Source of the DNA: the human T2T-CHM13v2.0 reference genome, Homo sapiens
Length of the DNA stretch: 64,000 bases
Strand: one strand, 5' to 3'
Assembly (NCBI RefSeq): GCF_009914755.1
Contig: NC_060930.1
Shown here: positions 26,785 to 41,116 of the stretch, piece by piece
Numbering within the stretch: the first letter of the stretch is position 1
Layout: the number at the start of each line of letters is the position of its first letter
Position numbers and translations under genes: made by a program
Notes under the pieces: model-generated
What the model saw: the letters and a program-made list of their open reading frames with translations, nothing else
Databases searched by the model: none
What the model was told of the DNA's origin: nothing

Positions 26785-27227
26785 AGACAACCTAAATGTC
26801 CATCAACAGATGACTGAGAAAAGAAAATGTGGTATATATACACCACAGAATACTATGCAGCCATAAAAAAAGAAGGAAATCATGTCTTTTGCAGCAACAG
26901 GAATGGACCTGGAGGTCATTATCCTAAGTGACATAACCCAGAAACAGAAAATCCAATACCATATGTTCTCACTTACAAGGCGAGAAGCTAAACAATGGAT
27001 ACACGAAGACATGAAGATGGAAACAATAGACACTGGGGACTCCAAAAGGGGGGAGGGAGGAGAAGGGGTGAAGATTTAAAAATCGCCTGTTGGGTACAGT
27101 GTTCACTGTGTGGGTGATGGGTCCACTAGAAGCCCAAACTTCACTCTTATGCAATATATCCATGAAACAAACCTTCATATGCACCACCTGGATCTAAAAT
27201 TGTAAAATAATAAAAATAAAAATAAAG
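26785..27227 (+). mobile_element. L1PB-like 3' end (ORF2 C-terminus, 3' UTR, A tail)
   Basis: CAACCTAAATGTCCATCAACAGATGA...; ORF 26882..27079 (MSFAATGMDLEVIILS...HMFSL) resembles the L1 ORF2p C-terminus. Confidence 0.9.
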
Positions 27228-28439
27228 ACATTCGGAACACTAAGCTGAATTGGCTAATGCTATAAACTCTAAAGATAGTAATATGCTTGGTAGATGTACG
27301 GTATAACAAACAGGGATAAAATGATTCAACAACTTAGGAGAACAATTTTTATAAATGGTCATCTTGGAAACGCTAATTTCCATAATCAGTCTGCTATCTC
27401 AACTTTTATTCTATCCATTAAAACAAATAAACAAAAGATCTGTGCTCTGAATCAATATTAGTCAAAGGTCAAGTTACAGAATCATATAAATGTGAAAGTA
27501 GTTAAAAATATGTTTTAGGTTTACTGTAACTACAGCATTCCATCAATTCAGAAAGTTCTTCCCCCAATAGGTCTAATTTTTCCAGATTTTACTAGAGCTA
27601 CTAACTGTTACTGTTACTACTCTGTGGTCCAGAAATCAGAAAGAATTTTCCTTTATCCCAGCCTACTCAGTATCTTCTGTGACATTTCTGGTTTCTAGTT
27701 CAATCCCTTTGACACAGTTGGCTGATACCTTCTCATTTATAAGTCTTCTCCTTGGCTTTCAAATTGACTCTAGACTCACATTGCTTTTTGCCTTTCTGAA
27801 TACTCCTGTCAAATGCACCAAGCAGTCATTCTCACTTTTATTTTGGGTATTAATGACATGAATCATTCTCCTTACTTCTCTATTGTATCTCTATGGTATC
27901 ACCGTTAAAAAGAAATTAAGCCCTATGAGGTTTAGTTGTTCAGAATTTTGATTCTTAAATTAGACTGGGAACTTCTACCTTCTGCCCATGGTTGTTACCC
28001 ATTCTCTATTATCTCTGGTGTCTCACCACAAATTTCTCAAGTTAAACAGGTGAAATTTTTTATTATAATAAAACTATAGCTGTTCTGTTTTTCCACATGT
28101 CTTCTCATATATCCAATATATTTTCTCTAATACTTTTAAAGTATTTTATTACTATAGCAGGTCAGTTAATATGTATTAATTTTTCCTTATAAAAAGAAAA
28201 GCATCGAAGCTGCAATGGAAAAAGCAAATGTTATAAACAAATAATTCACAAAAGAAAAATGCAAACTTCTTACATAAAGTTGAAAAATGCAATCTCAATA
28301 GATGACAAGCATATGGTCATTGACTTGCAGTAGCAATATCCAAAGATCACACTTAAAGCAGTAAAATCTAAATTTAAAAGGAAAAGAAGAAAGGCTTGGC
28401 AAAATAACCTTACTACCTGCTTTGATAAGATTAGCTCTT

Positions 28440-30450
28440 ACAGGACACATTTATTAAATACCAACTATGCATCAGATGCTGTGCTGCATCAGTGAAGATG
28501 CATACGGTTCCTACCCTTGAGTAACTTACCTGCTGCACAAGTAGCAAATTACTGTATCTGTTTAGGATACAGTAAACACCAAGGGAGACATATGGAGGGA
28601 GAGAAATAAGGCACTAACTGAGCCCTAAGTCCTTTTTTAGTTGAGGGGGTAGGAGGGGTGGAAGCAGTTGCAGGCGATCCAGGCCAAAAAGCATCATATG
28701 AAAAGATAAACATGTATAAAAACATGAATTATTTGGGCAGCTGTTGTAATCAGTTTGAATTATTGGAGTTTAAATTTCAAAAGAGTGATAGAAGATAACG
28801 CTGGGCATGTTGGCAAGGGCCAGATCACAGGAAGCTGTTTAAACTGTGTTGAGGAGTTTGCATTTCATCTTGATGAACTTGATTTTAAGTAGAGATGTGA
28901 CAGGGTAATTTCAATTTAAGTATATTACTCGAGGTGTCAGTGTGGAAGACATATTGTCAGAAGACCAAACTGAAGACAAAGCGAACAATTGGATTCAATA
29001 ATAGTCTAGGCAGGAGGTAAATTATGCTTGAAGTAAGAGATGCAGTGGGAATTGACATCAAAGAAATGCAGAATAAATCCACCATGTGATACCATTACAC
29101 AGCTATTAGAATGACTAAAATTAAAAAGACTGACCATACTCAGTACTGGCAGAAGGTGGAGACACTGGAACTCATACACTGCTGCTGAGGATATAAAGTG
29201 GCATAACATTGGAAGAGGTTGGCCATTTCTTAAAAGACTAAATATACATCTACCATACAAACCAATCATTTCACTCCTAATTATTCACCCAGGACACAAG
29301 AAAGCATATTTTTTATACAAAGACTTGTACCAAAATGCTCACATTACTTTTATCTGTGTTACTCAAAAACTGAAAACAAATCACATATCCATCGACAGGT
29401 AAATAGATATACATAAATTGTGGTATACTCATACAATGGAATACTAGCAATAAAATACTCAGCAATAAAAAATAAAGTATTAATATAGATACAAAATGGA
29501 TGAATATCCAAATAGGCAGACAAAAAAGGCAAATTTAGGCAGACACAAAAAAATACATTTGTATAAAATTACATAGAAAATGTAAACTAATCTATAGTCA
29601 CAGAAAGCAGACGGATGCTACTTGTGAATGGTATATGTACGAAAAGGCAAAAAGGAGGGATTACAAATGAGCATAAAGAAACTTCTGGGGTGATGGATGT
29701 GTTCATTGAGTGTGGTGGTGGTTCTGCAGGTGTATACAATTACATGTTACAAACATGGTTTAAATTATAGCATGTTAATTATTCCTCAGTAAAACTGTTT
29801 TAAAAATAGGACAGATATTAGAGGTATTTAGGAGAAGAAATTAGTGAAGCTGTTGATTGATTAGATGTGGTGAGGAGAAAGTCAGGATGACTCTCTAGTT
29901 TAGTAGATTGGGTGGGGGGGTCATAAGACCAACAAAAAAAAGTAAGTTAAGTAATACAGATTTGGGAGTTAGATGATAATTATTTTGATTTGGAATGTTT
30001 AGCTTAAAGTACGCAAGGAAAATATAGATGATGGTGTCTCACCTGTTGAATGTGGACTTTTAGGCAAAAATCAGGTCCAAGCATACATACATTTAAGTCA
30101 TCAATACATTGTAAGTAGATATAAACTTGAGTTTGCCCAGATGGCTAAAACCTGAGATGTGGGCAAAGGAAGGGATATTATAAAACATCAACATTTTAGA
30201 AGTGTTCAAAAATAGACCCCAGGGTAGGAGATTGAGAATGAAAGGTAAAAGAAGCCAGAGAGCTTGACATTATGGAAGCCAGAAGAAATTTCCTATAGGG
30301 AAGGAAATGCTAACAGCATTAAATATTGCACAAACATGGATTCAGATAAAGTTTAAAAGAACTCCACTGAGTTTGGGTATAGGCAGGTCCCTGAGGACTT
30401 TAGCAAGACCAGAGATGACAGAGTAGTGGGAGAGGAATTGAAATAAGGCT
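28440..30450 (-). mobile_element. L2 remnant interrupted by an L1, approximate ends
   Basis: CATTTATTAAATACCAACTATGC resembles the reverse-complemented L2 3' end; L2-like purine-rich sequence resumes after 29810. Confidence 0.55.
29060..29806 (+). mobile_element. L1M (L1MC/MD/ME-like) 3' fragment
   Basis: GATACCATTACAC...AGAATGACTAAAATTAAAAAGACTGAC...TGTGGTATACTCATACAATGGAATACT. Confidence 0.82.
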
Positions 30451-32904
30451 CCAGCAATGTGGATGATTGCTCCTTTTCAGTGACCAGATTATTTGTTTTA
30501 TATGAATTATTCTCAACTAGTTGGCAAGAGCACTGTCTCTTGAAATTCAAGTACAGTCCTTCAGGAGTGTTCCCCATCTTTCTTGAGTCAGTTACAGAAC
30601 CACAGTCCCTGACAGAAGTGTGCCCTATCCCCTAAATGCATCAAGTAGGATGCAAAGTTGAGAACACTCAATTAGATTTTCAGTGGATCAAGAAAGAGAA
30701 CAAAAGAATAATAGCCAAAGTAAAAACACTTAGCTTATAACAACTCAGCATTGATTATAAAATATTTCTTAAGTCCCTACTCTGTGTCTATTATTTAATA
30801 AAATCCTTATTTCCCTACCTACTTATAAATCACATCTGAACTCATCAACTGTGAAATTTTGTGTCAATAGCCTACTTTTCTATTTTGTAAAGAAAAGAAA
30901 TAGGGTAAGAAATAAAAGCAAGCATTAGCATTTACTAGCATTTCCTGGTAGAACCCACTTCATCGCTATCACTCATGAAGGATAGAGTAAAGCACTCCCT
31001 TTAAGTCAGTAAAAATATGCCATCCTGTCTCTCTGCCAGTTACCTTTTGGGCCAGTGAATTTCAATTCAATTGTGTTGCTGCTCTTTAATCATGTTTTCT
31101 TAGAATGATTTCTAAAAATGCATATATTCATTCATGGATAAGGAGGAAAACCACCTCCAGTCACTGGCTTGCCTGTGATAGAGAGGCAGAATCTCATTTT
31201 CAGACACCATTAAAATACCCACCAAGTCTGTAGAAAGAGACTATTTTCATCTTCCAGTCAACAGCCCCATATGAAAATACCTTTGCCGATCTAGATAAAA
31301 AGGAATGTATATGAAAAAGTCTTGAAAACAGTTTTATAAATCTATTTTCTTTTAGCCCCCAGTCCAGTCAAGGAGATATATGTGTATGAAACTAATTATG
31401 TATATAAAAATAATAAAATAGGTGTGTGAAAGTAATTCAATTTTAAAATCTTAACTTGCTAGCTATATTTAATAGGACAATTATTCTTTTAGGTATTTTT
31501 CTTGTTTGTTTTTACAAAAGTCTGGTTTGAGGTGTCCATTGGTATGTGTATTTTAGTCCTTTTTTAATAAGGCAATTGTGTTTGATTTTATTGAAGACAC
31601 ATCTTTTTGAAATGATAGGGCTATAAACTTCAAGGGAATTTTGGAATTTGATGTTTCTCTCTGTTTTCCAAAGAACACTGATTCTGAAAGATGATGAGTT
31701 GAGTGAAAATAATAGTATTTCGTGGTCAAATAAATTTGGGAAATACTTTTTGCTCTATGTCCTTCTCTAGGAACATTGCATTGCATATTAGCATGCTGAA
31801 AGATCTGGGCAGCTATAAAATTAAGAAGATACATGTTTAACTTTGTATAACCCAGTATTTGTCATATTTATTTGAGCCAGGAACATCCAAGAAACTAGCA
31901 TCCTAAAGAATAAACATTTAGAAATTCCCTTATAACCCACTGGTTCAAATGCCCATTTTCAAACCCTTGCTTATTCAGATCCTACATCAGACAAAGGTTT
32001 AGAGGCCAAATCTATCATCTTACGGGACTGATGTCAATACGCATCAAGGATGCATATGAAGTAGTTAAAGGCTAGATCTAAGGACATGTGGTAGAAAAGC
32101 ATGTAATTCAGAAAAAGCCTAGCTTGACCCCTAAGAAGGGGGCGGTAGTGAGAGGGATCAATGAGATAAGGAGTTCCTGTCTGCTTTCTAAACAATGCAG
32201 TTTGAACAGAGAAGTGCCTCATCTTTCCTTTTTTCCATCTATTTCTGAATTCTTATCTTCATAACATTAAAAATACCTTGAGAGACCCAAAAGAAAAGCA
32301 AGAAGGCATGAGGACTGTACCTCTGTCACAACACTTAGCATCCTGGTCTAAAATGTAATTTACAGTGTACCTGGATCTCACCACTTCCTTGTACAACATC
32401 CCCTTCCACTTCCATGTACAATCATATTTTACAACAGTGACACTTTGCAGATGAGTCTAAATCCCAGTAGTTCCTGTGGATAGTAAAACTTACAGAAAGA
32501 GCCATAGATTAGGCATGTTTCTAATTAATTATCTGATTCCTAATTAGATATCTTTGTTATTTAGCATTTTTAACCTTGCTTTATTTTCTAACTACTTATC
32601 TAGATTATAGAAAACTACATCAAATGGATCTTTGATGTTCAGTTATAGTTATCTCTTTTATCTTCATTGGTTTGCCTTCACTGGTGTTCAAGCTATTATT
32701 TTCATGCTCTTTGGGGGATAGTTTAATAATGTATTTTATTGATGTTATTTCTGTAATTATTAAATTGCTAAATATAGTGCAAGTGCTTGAGAAAGTCAAT
32801 GTTAATTCTCGAATTAAACCAAATTTGTCTTGAAGTATTAATGATGATATAGATGTGGTTGATATTGCTCAAATAAAATGTTAAACTTTCTTTCTCCTTT
32901 ACAG

Positions 32905-33043
32905 CCAATATATCAATTGTAGATATAGATACTAATCAGGAGGAGAATATAGCAACTTCGTCTTCTGGAAACAACTTTGGTCTTGACTTGAAAGCAGATG
33001 ACAAAATATATTTTGGTGGCCTGCCAACGCTGAGAAACTTGAG
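32905..33043 (+). CDS. LAMA2: LAMA2 exon 52 (139 nt): ANISIVDIDT...GGLPTLRNL
   Basis: ttacag|CCA ... TTGAG|gtaatt; translated manually. Confidence 0.96.
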
Positions 33044-35080
33044 GTAATTTAGTTTATATGTAAAGCTAAGGATTAAGTTTTAATTAAATGACCACTATGC
33101 TCACTAGAGTTCTGAAGTTTAATTACAATAAGAATGTCATATAACCCTTGGTTGCAGAAAGGCCTAATCAAAAACATCATGTTGCATGTTAGAACAACAC
33201 CAGGATTTAGAAACCAAAGGACTAATTTGACATCTTTGTTGAAGAGATGGATTGGAGTCGCTGTTTCCTTTATATGCACCTGCTGAAAAGAATTATGAAA
33301 GTAATTAAAGGTAGAAGCCAGAGTTGAATGTGGATCTTGTAATTGCTGTTCTCCTTCTACATTCACTGGAGATAATGGCACTCTGACATTGCTTAGTGTT
33401 CCGAAAATTAGTCAGTGTTCCAGGATGCTATGAGTATAACCTATTTTATTGCTAAGCATTAGCATCATAATGGCGTGTTGGAGCTTTCCCATATGCCTAA
33501 TACAAGAACTATATTAGTTGTTCTCATGCCCATGCCAACATTTTTTTTTAATTTCACATATGCTTTTTAGCTAGCAGTATGGGGAGACACATTTGCTTCC
33601 TAATTTAGTTAGTTCAAAAAATAAAGTAACTAAAAAATGTCAGAAAATACTCACGTGCTGTGTAGTTAATTTACTGCTCATTATAAAACATAACATAGTC
33701 TATAAGGATGGTACTTGGTGCTCAATAAATGTTAATTACACTCTAATTAGAATGGGATTAATTGATTTGGTTAAACCGTAAGAGTTTATTACAGACTACC
33801 ATGTTTTTAATTTTTTGTTTTGTTTAATTAGTTTGGTATTTTTTAAAGGGTATAAAAGTTCTGTCCAGGTGTTTCTACTCCAAAAAGACAGATTATGTTT
33901 GGAAAAATCCCAGAATAGCTGAAAAGTGTGATGGTCAGTTATTTTCACATTTCTAAACGAGCAGTGAAAGTTCAGTCTCATTCTATGACAGCTAGTGTGC
34001 AGGCTGAAATTTCTTCTCCCCAAATCTAAACTCATAGATGAAGCAACTGTCTAATTATCTGATGAGCTTCATGGTGCAAATAAATTGGCTCTGCATTCAT
34101 TGTAATGTATTTGTGTTAGAAAAATAAATTTAAAGTGTCAAGTCAGAAAAACATTACAAATCAAATTTAAATAGTACCACAGTTATTACCTAGAAATTCA
34201 TTTGCCAGTCATTCACCAAAAGTCTGTTGAGTATCTACTATGTGACAGGCTCCATACCAAATACTAGGAATCCAGTGGTTGTTCAAATCTAAGATTTGCT
34301 TTACAAGATCATTAACCATATATTATTGAGTGAATTAAATACAGCCAAACCTAAGGTTATTCAAATCTAGCTTCATTTATTCTAGTGATGATTTTAATTA
34401 TCATAAAATAATTTTTAGGAATTATCTATAAAGGTGTGCCTGTTAAATTCTATAAAATCTGTTAAAATCTGAATCTGCTAAATGAATCTTTATCACTAAA
34501 ATGTTTTTACTTTCATGATACAGCATTGCATAATTACAGTATACTATTTCCATGGTGTGGCACATTATTTCAAAACAGCCATTAGAGGTATATTTGTGAT
34601 TGATAAAGGAACCAAACATTCATAGTTACCTGTTATTTTGCCTGCAGACAGGTTCTCAGTATGACAAAGTGCAAAAGATGTGGTAAACATAAATTATTTT
34701 TACATGCATTGTTAAGCTCAAGCTGTTTGAGAGGCAATATTTATAAGCCATTCATGAACACTACAGAATAGTGACATTGTACATTTTCCCATTTATTAGA
34801 TTGATAAGAACAAGTACTTTAAATTCATATTTCAAAGTAAAAATTTTCCAAGCTGATATTGTGAGCTACGGTCATATTTTGATTCTAATTTCACTGCCGT
34901 CAAGGGTATAAGTCTATTTTTAGTTCTATTGGGGCTTTTGCATTTCTTTCCTTTGTAGATCCCTGTGAAATGATTTTTTAAAGATTTATGATTAAAGTTT
35001 ATTGTTTTACTAAATGAAAATGTAATTATAAGTAAATTGTTTTTATTTTTGTTTTTTTTTTCCTCTTTCCCGTTATCTAG

Positions 35081-35092
35081 TATGAAAGCAAG
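35081..35092 (+). CDS. LAMA2: LAMA2 exon 53, 12-nt frame-preserving microexon TATGAAAGCAAG (NL-SMKA-RPEV)
   Basis: long pyrimidine tract then atctag|TATGAAAGCAAG|gtaaaa; phase 2-2; gives the known sequence LRNLSMKARPEV. Confidence 0.95.
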
Positions 35093-35108
35093 GTAAAATT
35101 TAAATTTA

Positions 35109-35131
35109 TGCATGCCTTCTTCGAGTGCATG
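35109..35131 (+). promoter_or_regulatory. Two RBFOX motifs (TGCATG) just downstream of microexon 53
   Basis: TGCATG at 35109-35114 and 35126-35131 (+17 and +34 from the exon end). Confidence 0.7.
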
Positions 35132-36834
35132 GGTTGGGTAAATGTGGCTTCTTAGATAAAGCAGCTGTGCAGAAGCAGAGCAACACCAGTACAGCTTTGT
35201 TCATAGTATGTTTCACGAGCAAGCCGTGCATTCTGTGAGAGTTCTCCTGCTGCCCCTTGCTGGCCGACATTCTGCTGCTTACCCACCATCAGTTGGGCTG
35301 CAATTTGAGTTGTCTCACCAGCAGTGATGAGATTTGCTCTGCTCACTTGTTCAACCATCTGCACACAGTGCCCCTGGTGACCAGCAGCACACACTCAAAA
35401 GGCAGCTGGTCAATTTCTGGTACACAGTCTAGTTCTGGGAAACACGGTAAAGTGGTCTCTTGAGTTGAACCCCGGGCCCTGGCCTCCCTAGTGCCATGCT
35501 GTCTGCTGAAGAATCAAACTGTGCTCTCACATGCTTACCACTGCCTTCTTGCTTTTTGCAGGCCTGCAGATATGCAAACATTCACACAGCCTTTGCACCT
35601 CTTGTCAAAGCTGTTTATCTATTGACATGTTTATTTAAAACTAGCTATGGTGCCAGATGAAGGAATCTCTGGAAATACTATATTTAAAATAAGTATTTGC
35701 GTTAATAGTAAAGAAGTGTGAGATAGTTCTCCTAGCTTCTCAGGAGCATTTTAATTCTTACTAGCATTAGCATAAAGGCTGTGAGCAATGGGCCTCCATA
35801 AATGGCTGAACAAACCTCAGAGATGTGCAGGGCTGGTATCCTCTGGCTAGAGCTAAAAGCCTGGTGTTTTGGCATTTCAGAGCCCAGCTGTGCCAGATTT
35901 CTGGAAAGAAGATAATAAAGCCGAACTGATCCAAGAAATTTTTAAAACCGAGGCTAGATTTTTAATAAGAGAAATAGAATATACAGAAATGAAAGTAGGG
36001 AAAAATAAACCATGCGTTTTATCATGATACAGTTGTAAGACCACTAGTTGTGCTACATTTGCTGAGATGGCTAAAAAGCGAAGGCTGGCTTTCATGGAAA
36101 TATATGTTAATAAAATTCTGGGATGGCACTGTGTAGGTTTGTAATTTTGCCTTTGAGTGGTGACCCTCAAGAAACAGGGACCCGTGGTTACCATTGAGTC
36201 CAGTCACCTTATGTGACTATTTATCCCCTGTAATTGTCCTAATATTGAGGTTGCTAAATCATATTTTGGAATGGTTCTTTGTGTTTCCATGAAACAATAA
36301 ACTATATAACTTGTAGGAGTGATTTACTTTAGTAACAAGACCTCTGAAAAAAATGGTGATAAGTCAGTCTTTCCATAAAGGAAAATATGGAAGCAAGTGA
36401 ACACTGTTAATGAAATTCACCTTCTCTGTGCATTATGCAAGAAAAATATAAGCAGAATTCTCACCCTACAGTTGGGCATGTTCTTTATAACAACCAGCTG
36501 ACTGAACGAAAAGAAAACCTTGGGAACAAGGAAAAATTATCAATGAAAATAAAGAAGTTCCAGAAAGGAGTGCGGGGGTGGAAACAGACAGACACCTGAC
36601 ATGAAATAAATCACCTGATATACACTGCCAAGGTCTAATTTGTTTTTCCACCTGTTTTTCCTCATGCCATGTGTTTTTCATTAAGATAAAAAAAGGAACT
36701 TGGCATCATGGGACAATGAGGAGAGAATTAATCATCACCCTATCAACTACAATATATTGATGCCGACTGGACAGTTTTTACCGATGCTGATTACCACCAC
36801 ATAAAGAATTATCTTTTTCACTTCTATATACCTT

Positions 36835-37038
36835 CACTATTCAAAATAGTAGCCACAAGTCACAGTAGCTATTTAATTGTAAATTAAATCAAATTAAATA
36901 ACAATAAATATTCAGTTTCTCATTGAGACAAGCTACATTTCAAGTCCTAATAGCCACATGTGGCTAGTAACTACTGATTTGGACAGTGCAGAAAACAGAC
37001 AATATCCATCATCACAGGAAGTTCTGTGGAATAGCACT
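36835..37038. mobile_element. MER3-like hAT-Charlie DNA transposon
   Basis: TAGTAGCCAC...TACATTTCAAGTCCTAATAGCCACATGTGGCTAGT...CCATCATCACAGGAAGTTCT. Confidence 0.78.
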
Positions 37039-37458
37039 GTTATAATTAAAGAAGTATCATCATCACTGACATTCTGATAGCCTTTGTTTGTTGAGCACTT
37101 ACTGTGTGCAGTGCTATTCCTTAATTTATTAAACCTTTGCAATTTGATTATGTAGGTACTATGATTATTATTATCATGCCCATTTCACATATAAGAACAC
37201 TGAGTCTTGGAGAACTTAGATCACTTGCAACATCTGGACTCAAGGGCAAGGACTTCATTTCCTAATCTGCTGGCACACTTGCCCCATTTTATGAAGTAGT
37301 ATGCAAAAGTAAACATTCAAGTGTAGTTTGAGTATAAAAGTCATTTTTCAATTTTATTGAAAAAATAAAATGTATGGGTTTTTGCATTTGGTTGCTTTAT
37401 TTTGTTATTGTTCTAATGTAGAATACAGACTTTGGGGTCAATCTGTAAACTAAATTAA

Positions 37459-37775
<317 letters not shown>

Positions 37776-38369
37776 AGTAAACCTAATTTTTAAACATCTG
37801 TTTTTTAGACTATATAATCCAAAAGAATGTTTCTTAGACTTTGTTTTACTTAAAAGCCTTAAAGAGATATGTAATATTATCTTATTTTTTAGCTATCTCC
37901 CAAGAAAAAGCCTCAAATAAAAAAAAATCTTTTTCAAAATAAACGTTTTCAGATTTTTTTTCTAACTTTTGAGCAAGGTTTTTAAAAACTTTTTGGTATA
38001 TAGTTTGTTTATGCTGCCTATGCAATTATCTTGTCTTTGGTGAAAAAAATAAAACTTATTTCATTACACATGTAAAGCATCAATAAGAAGTCAGTTAATT
38101 CCTGTACCTCATGTTTAAATGCTGTGGGTGAGATTATTGTTAAAGGGGAGAAGGACTACAAAAAGACTCCTTCTGCAGGATAACATGAACATCCATTTAG
38201 ACCAACCAGTAGATAATGGAAACCAGAGTTTGCTGGGTACACGTGTGCACAGTTTGATAGACATGTGCCTGCATGTGTCTGCTCCACAAGGCTTCCTTCC
38301 CATAGTCAGAGACTACACTACCATCACCCTAATGATATTGCTTTTGCTTTTCATTTGACTATTCAATAG

Positions 38370-38490
38370 GCCAGAAGTAAATCTGAAGAAATATTCCGGC
38401 TGCCTCAAAGATATTGAAATTTCAAGAACTCCGTACAATATACTCAGTAGTCCCGATTATGTTGGTGTTACCAAAGGATGTTCCCTGGAG
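38370..38490 (+). CDS. LAMA2: LAMA2 exon 54 (121 nt): PEVNLKKYSGCLKD...KGCSLE
   Basis: caatag|GCC ... GAG|gttggt; translated manually. Confidence 0.96.
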
Positions 38491-40230
38491 GTTGGTCTGT
38501 TTTTGATAGTTCTCTAAACACATTTATATCAGATTTCACTTACTTAGTGTGGCTGCTCCTACAAGGATCAGTCTTTTGTTAATATATTTTACTTTTCTAC
38601 TGATCCTACTCTTAAACGATAAAGCAAGATTAAAGCATTCTCTAAATTACCATGATAAAAAATGGTATTATGAAGTCCTAGAATTGTGATCCAATTTTCC
38701 AAATGTATAGCTCTTTATAGCACATATCATTAATACTAATCTCTTTTCTGTTTTTCTCTTTTTTTCCAACACTACTTTTCCCTTTTCCTTATTTTTGTCA
38801 TCCATTTTAAATTTATTTTACTTTTATGTGTTGTATATAGCTTTATTAGCAACCTTACATTTTTTCTGGAACCATTCAAGTTTACACAAGTAGCAAGTAG
38901 TAATTTACACCGTAGCCATTAGTGCATAGTCTGTTGTCTACAAACTTGAAGTCTAGCCCCCTTGTCTTTGAAATAACATAGACTGGGACCTGTGGCAATC
39001 AACTCTGCAAAGACTTGTGTTTGACATGCCTGCAAAGTCCTTTGTTAGCTGATATCCTCAGTAACTCTTCTTTGATGCTAAAGCATCCTAGCATTCCCCT
39101 ATTTTCGTTTAACTATTTTGCACTGTTTCTTCAGTTGACACTGACCCATATGTGAGAAAGACCCCGGCCATAGCTCTACTCTCTTAAAATATCCATAAGC
39201 AAGAGTCAATAGTCAACAGCAAATATTAGCAAGAATTTTATAGAAACTCAATAGTGATCAGCTTGTTTTTAAAATGAAAACGTTAAATATGTCATTCTCA
39301 TACATTTTTAATTATCCTATCATAATACAATTATTCATTTTGTCTGCTGCTTCTAATCAAAATTATCTTAAACCACTCCAATAGAATTAGGGAAATGAAG
39401 GGAAAATGTGGGTAAAGAAAAAAGTAAATCCACCACTTGAATGATGAGGTTTAAAGACTGGAACAGAACTTTCAGGATCTTCATTGTTCATAGCTACAGG
39501 CTCCAATTTGGAATTGGCCATAGACACCCACTCTGAGAAGTTTGGGAATAAGAAAAGAGAAAACACATTAAGAACTAAAACTGTAAGGACCCATACTGGC
39601 TTCTTAAAGGAAGTTTTACTGAGAATTTTAATCTTCAAAGCCTAACTCTCATTCACATTCAAAAGATATATACATGAGGATGGAAACTGTCCGGAAAATG
39701 AATAGCCTCTGCACGTGGAAATTATGATTCCCTAAAGGCACTTTGCAGTAACCAGGAATTATTTTGCAACTAAAATATGAGGCAGAAATTTGATGTGGAT
39801 AAATATTGAAAAGTCTGCACAGTAGTTTTATCTGAACTATCTAAAACTCCATGATTTGAAAATTGGAATAGAAAACAGATTATACATTTTACCAGCTCTT
39901 GTGTCATTTAACTGGTCTTGAAACACTGTGGGAGGAAAATAGCCTACATTAAAGGATTCTTTGCTTTTACTCCTACAAAATCTAGGACTTTAAAAATGAA
40001 TATTTTAAGCACTTTAAATTCCTAACTACATGGGCTTGCTTAAATAAATACTAGCAAATTCATAAAGTAGAAAGTCCTCCTGCCATTAAAAGTGACTATC
40101 TACATTTACTGAGAGAGTGATATCTTCCACATATGTAAGAAAAAAAAGTCATTAGGAATGAACATGTCTATCAAGATTCATTTTAAATACAGGGAGGAGG
40201 AGAGAGGAAGATGGCAAGGTTGTGAAAGAG

Positions 40231-40255
40231 TGAATGAATGAATGAATGAATGAAT
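40231..40255. repeat. (TGAA)6 microsatellite
   Basis: TGAATGAATGAATGAATGAATGAA. Confidence 0.9.
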
Positions 40256-40939
40256 TATAGAAAGCTATATGCTTCTGCACAGCTTTGAGATTGAGATGGG
40301 GAGCTGATTTTCTCCCTTTTGCACCTTATTTACATTTCTACTTGAAATGTAACTGTTTTAATTTTATACTGAGCAAGGACAATGGTATTACTTTAATATT
40401 GAGAAAAAACTAGACTATGCGATGTTTGTTTTATTTATTTTTAAGGTTTGGTCTTATCACTGGGGAAAAATGCAGACACAGATAATGGTCATACCCATCT
40501 GTAAAACATAAACAATTAAGTGATAGAGTTTATTCAAGAGATATTCGTTACAGTGTTTTCAAAGGAAACTTAGGGACAATCTCCCTAGACATGTACCTGC
40601 TTGTGTGTCAGTTTGACTTAAATCTTTGGTTTAAACAACAACAACAAAAAAAGGTACCTAACAGTGATAATCTTCTATATTTAAAATCAAAAGCTCTAGA
40701 ATAAAAGTAGAGGCTATAATTCTGATTTTAACAAAAACTGCTCAGAAGATTTGAAGTTATCATATAACTAGAAATAATATTTCTTCAACTGCTCTTAAAC
40801 TTTCCATGTTTTCCTGCTTTCTAAACCTATGATCTATTTCATAATCACATTAATTGCATCGAGGAGGGTGAGTGAGATGGAGAACTTATTTAAATTTTCA
40901 TTTCTAATGGTTTCTACTCTTCTTTTCCTTTACTCACAG

Positions 40940-41116
40940 AATGTTTACACAGTTAGCTTTCCTAAGCCTGGTTTTGTGGAGCTCTCCCCTGTGCCAATTG
41001 ATGTAGGAACAGAAATCAACCTGTCATTCAGCACCAAGAATGAGTCCGGCATCATTCTTTTGGGAAGTGGAGGGACACCAGCACCACCTAGGAGAAAACG
41101 AAGGCAGACTGGACAG
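40940..41116 (+). CDS. LAMA2: LAMA2 exon 55 (177 nt), LG3 with furin site: NVYTVSFPKPG...PRRKRRQTGQ
   Basis: tcacag|AAT ... CAG|gtaccc; ORF 40829..41164. Confidence 0.97.

Noticed and set aside
26882-27079. 65-aa ORF resembling a reverse-transcriptase protein C-terminus
   Set aside because: Remnant of L1 ORF2 in a 5'-truncated, dead element
27205-27230. AATAAA signals in the sense-strand L1 tail as an intronic polyadenylation site
   Set aside because: No GU-rich downstream element seen, and AATAAA is abundant throughout these AT-rich introns
35152-35463. Two overlapping ORFs in the GC-richer stretch after microexon 53
   Set aside because: No recognisable protein similarity or fitting splice sites; the stretch is more plausibly regulatory
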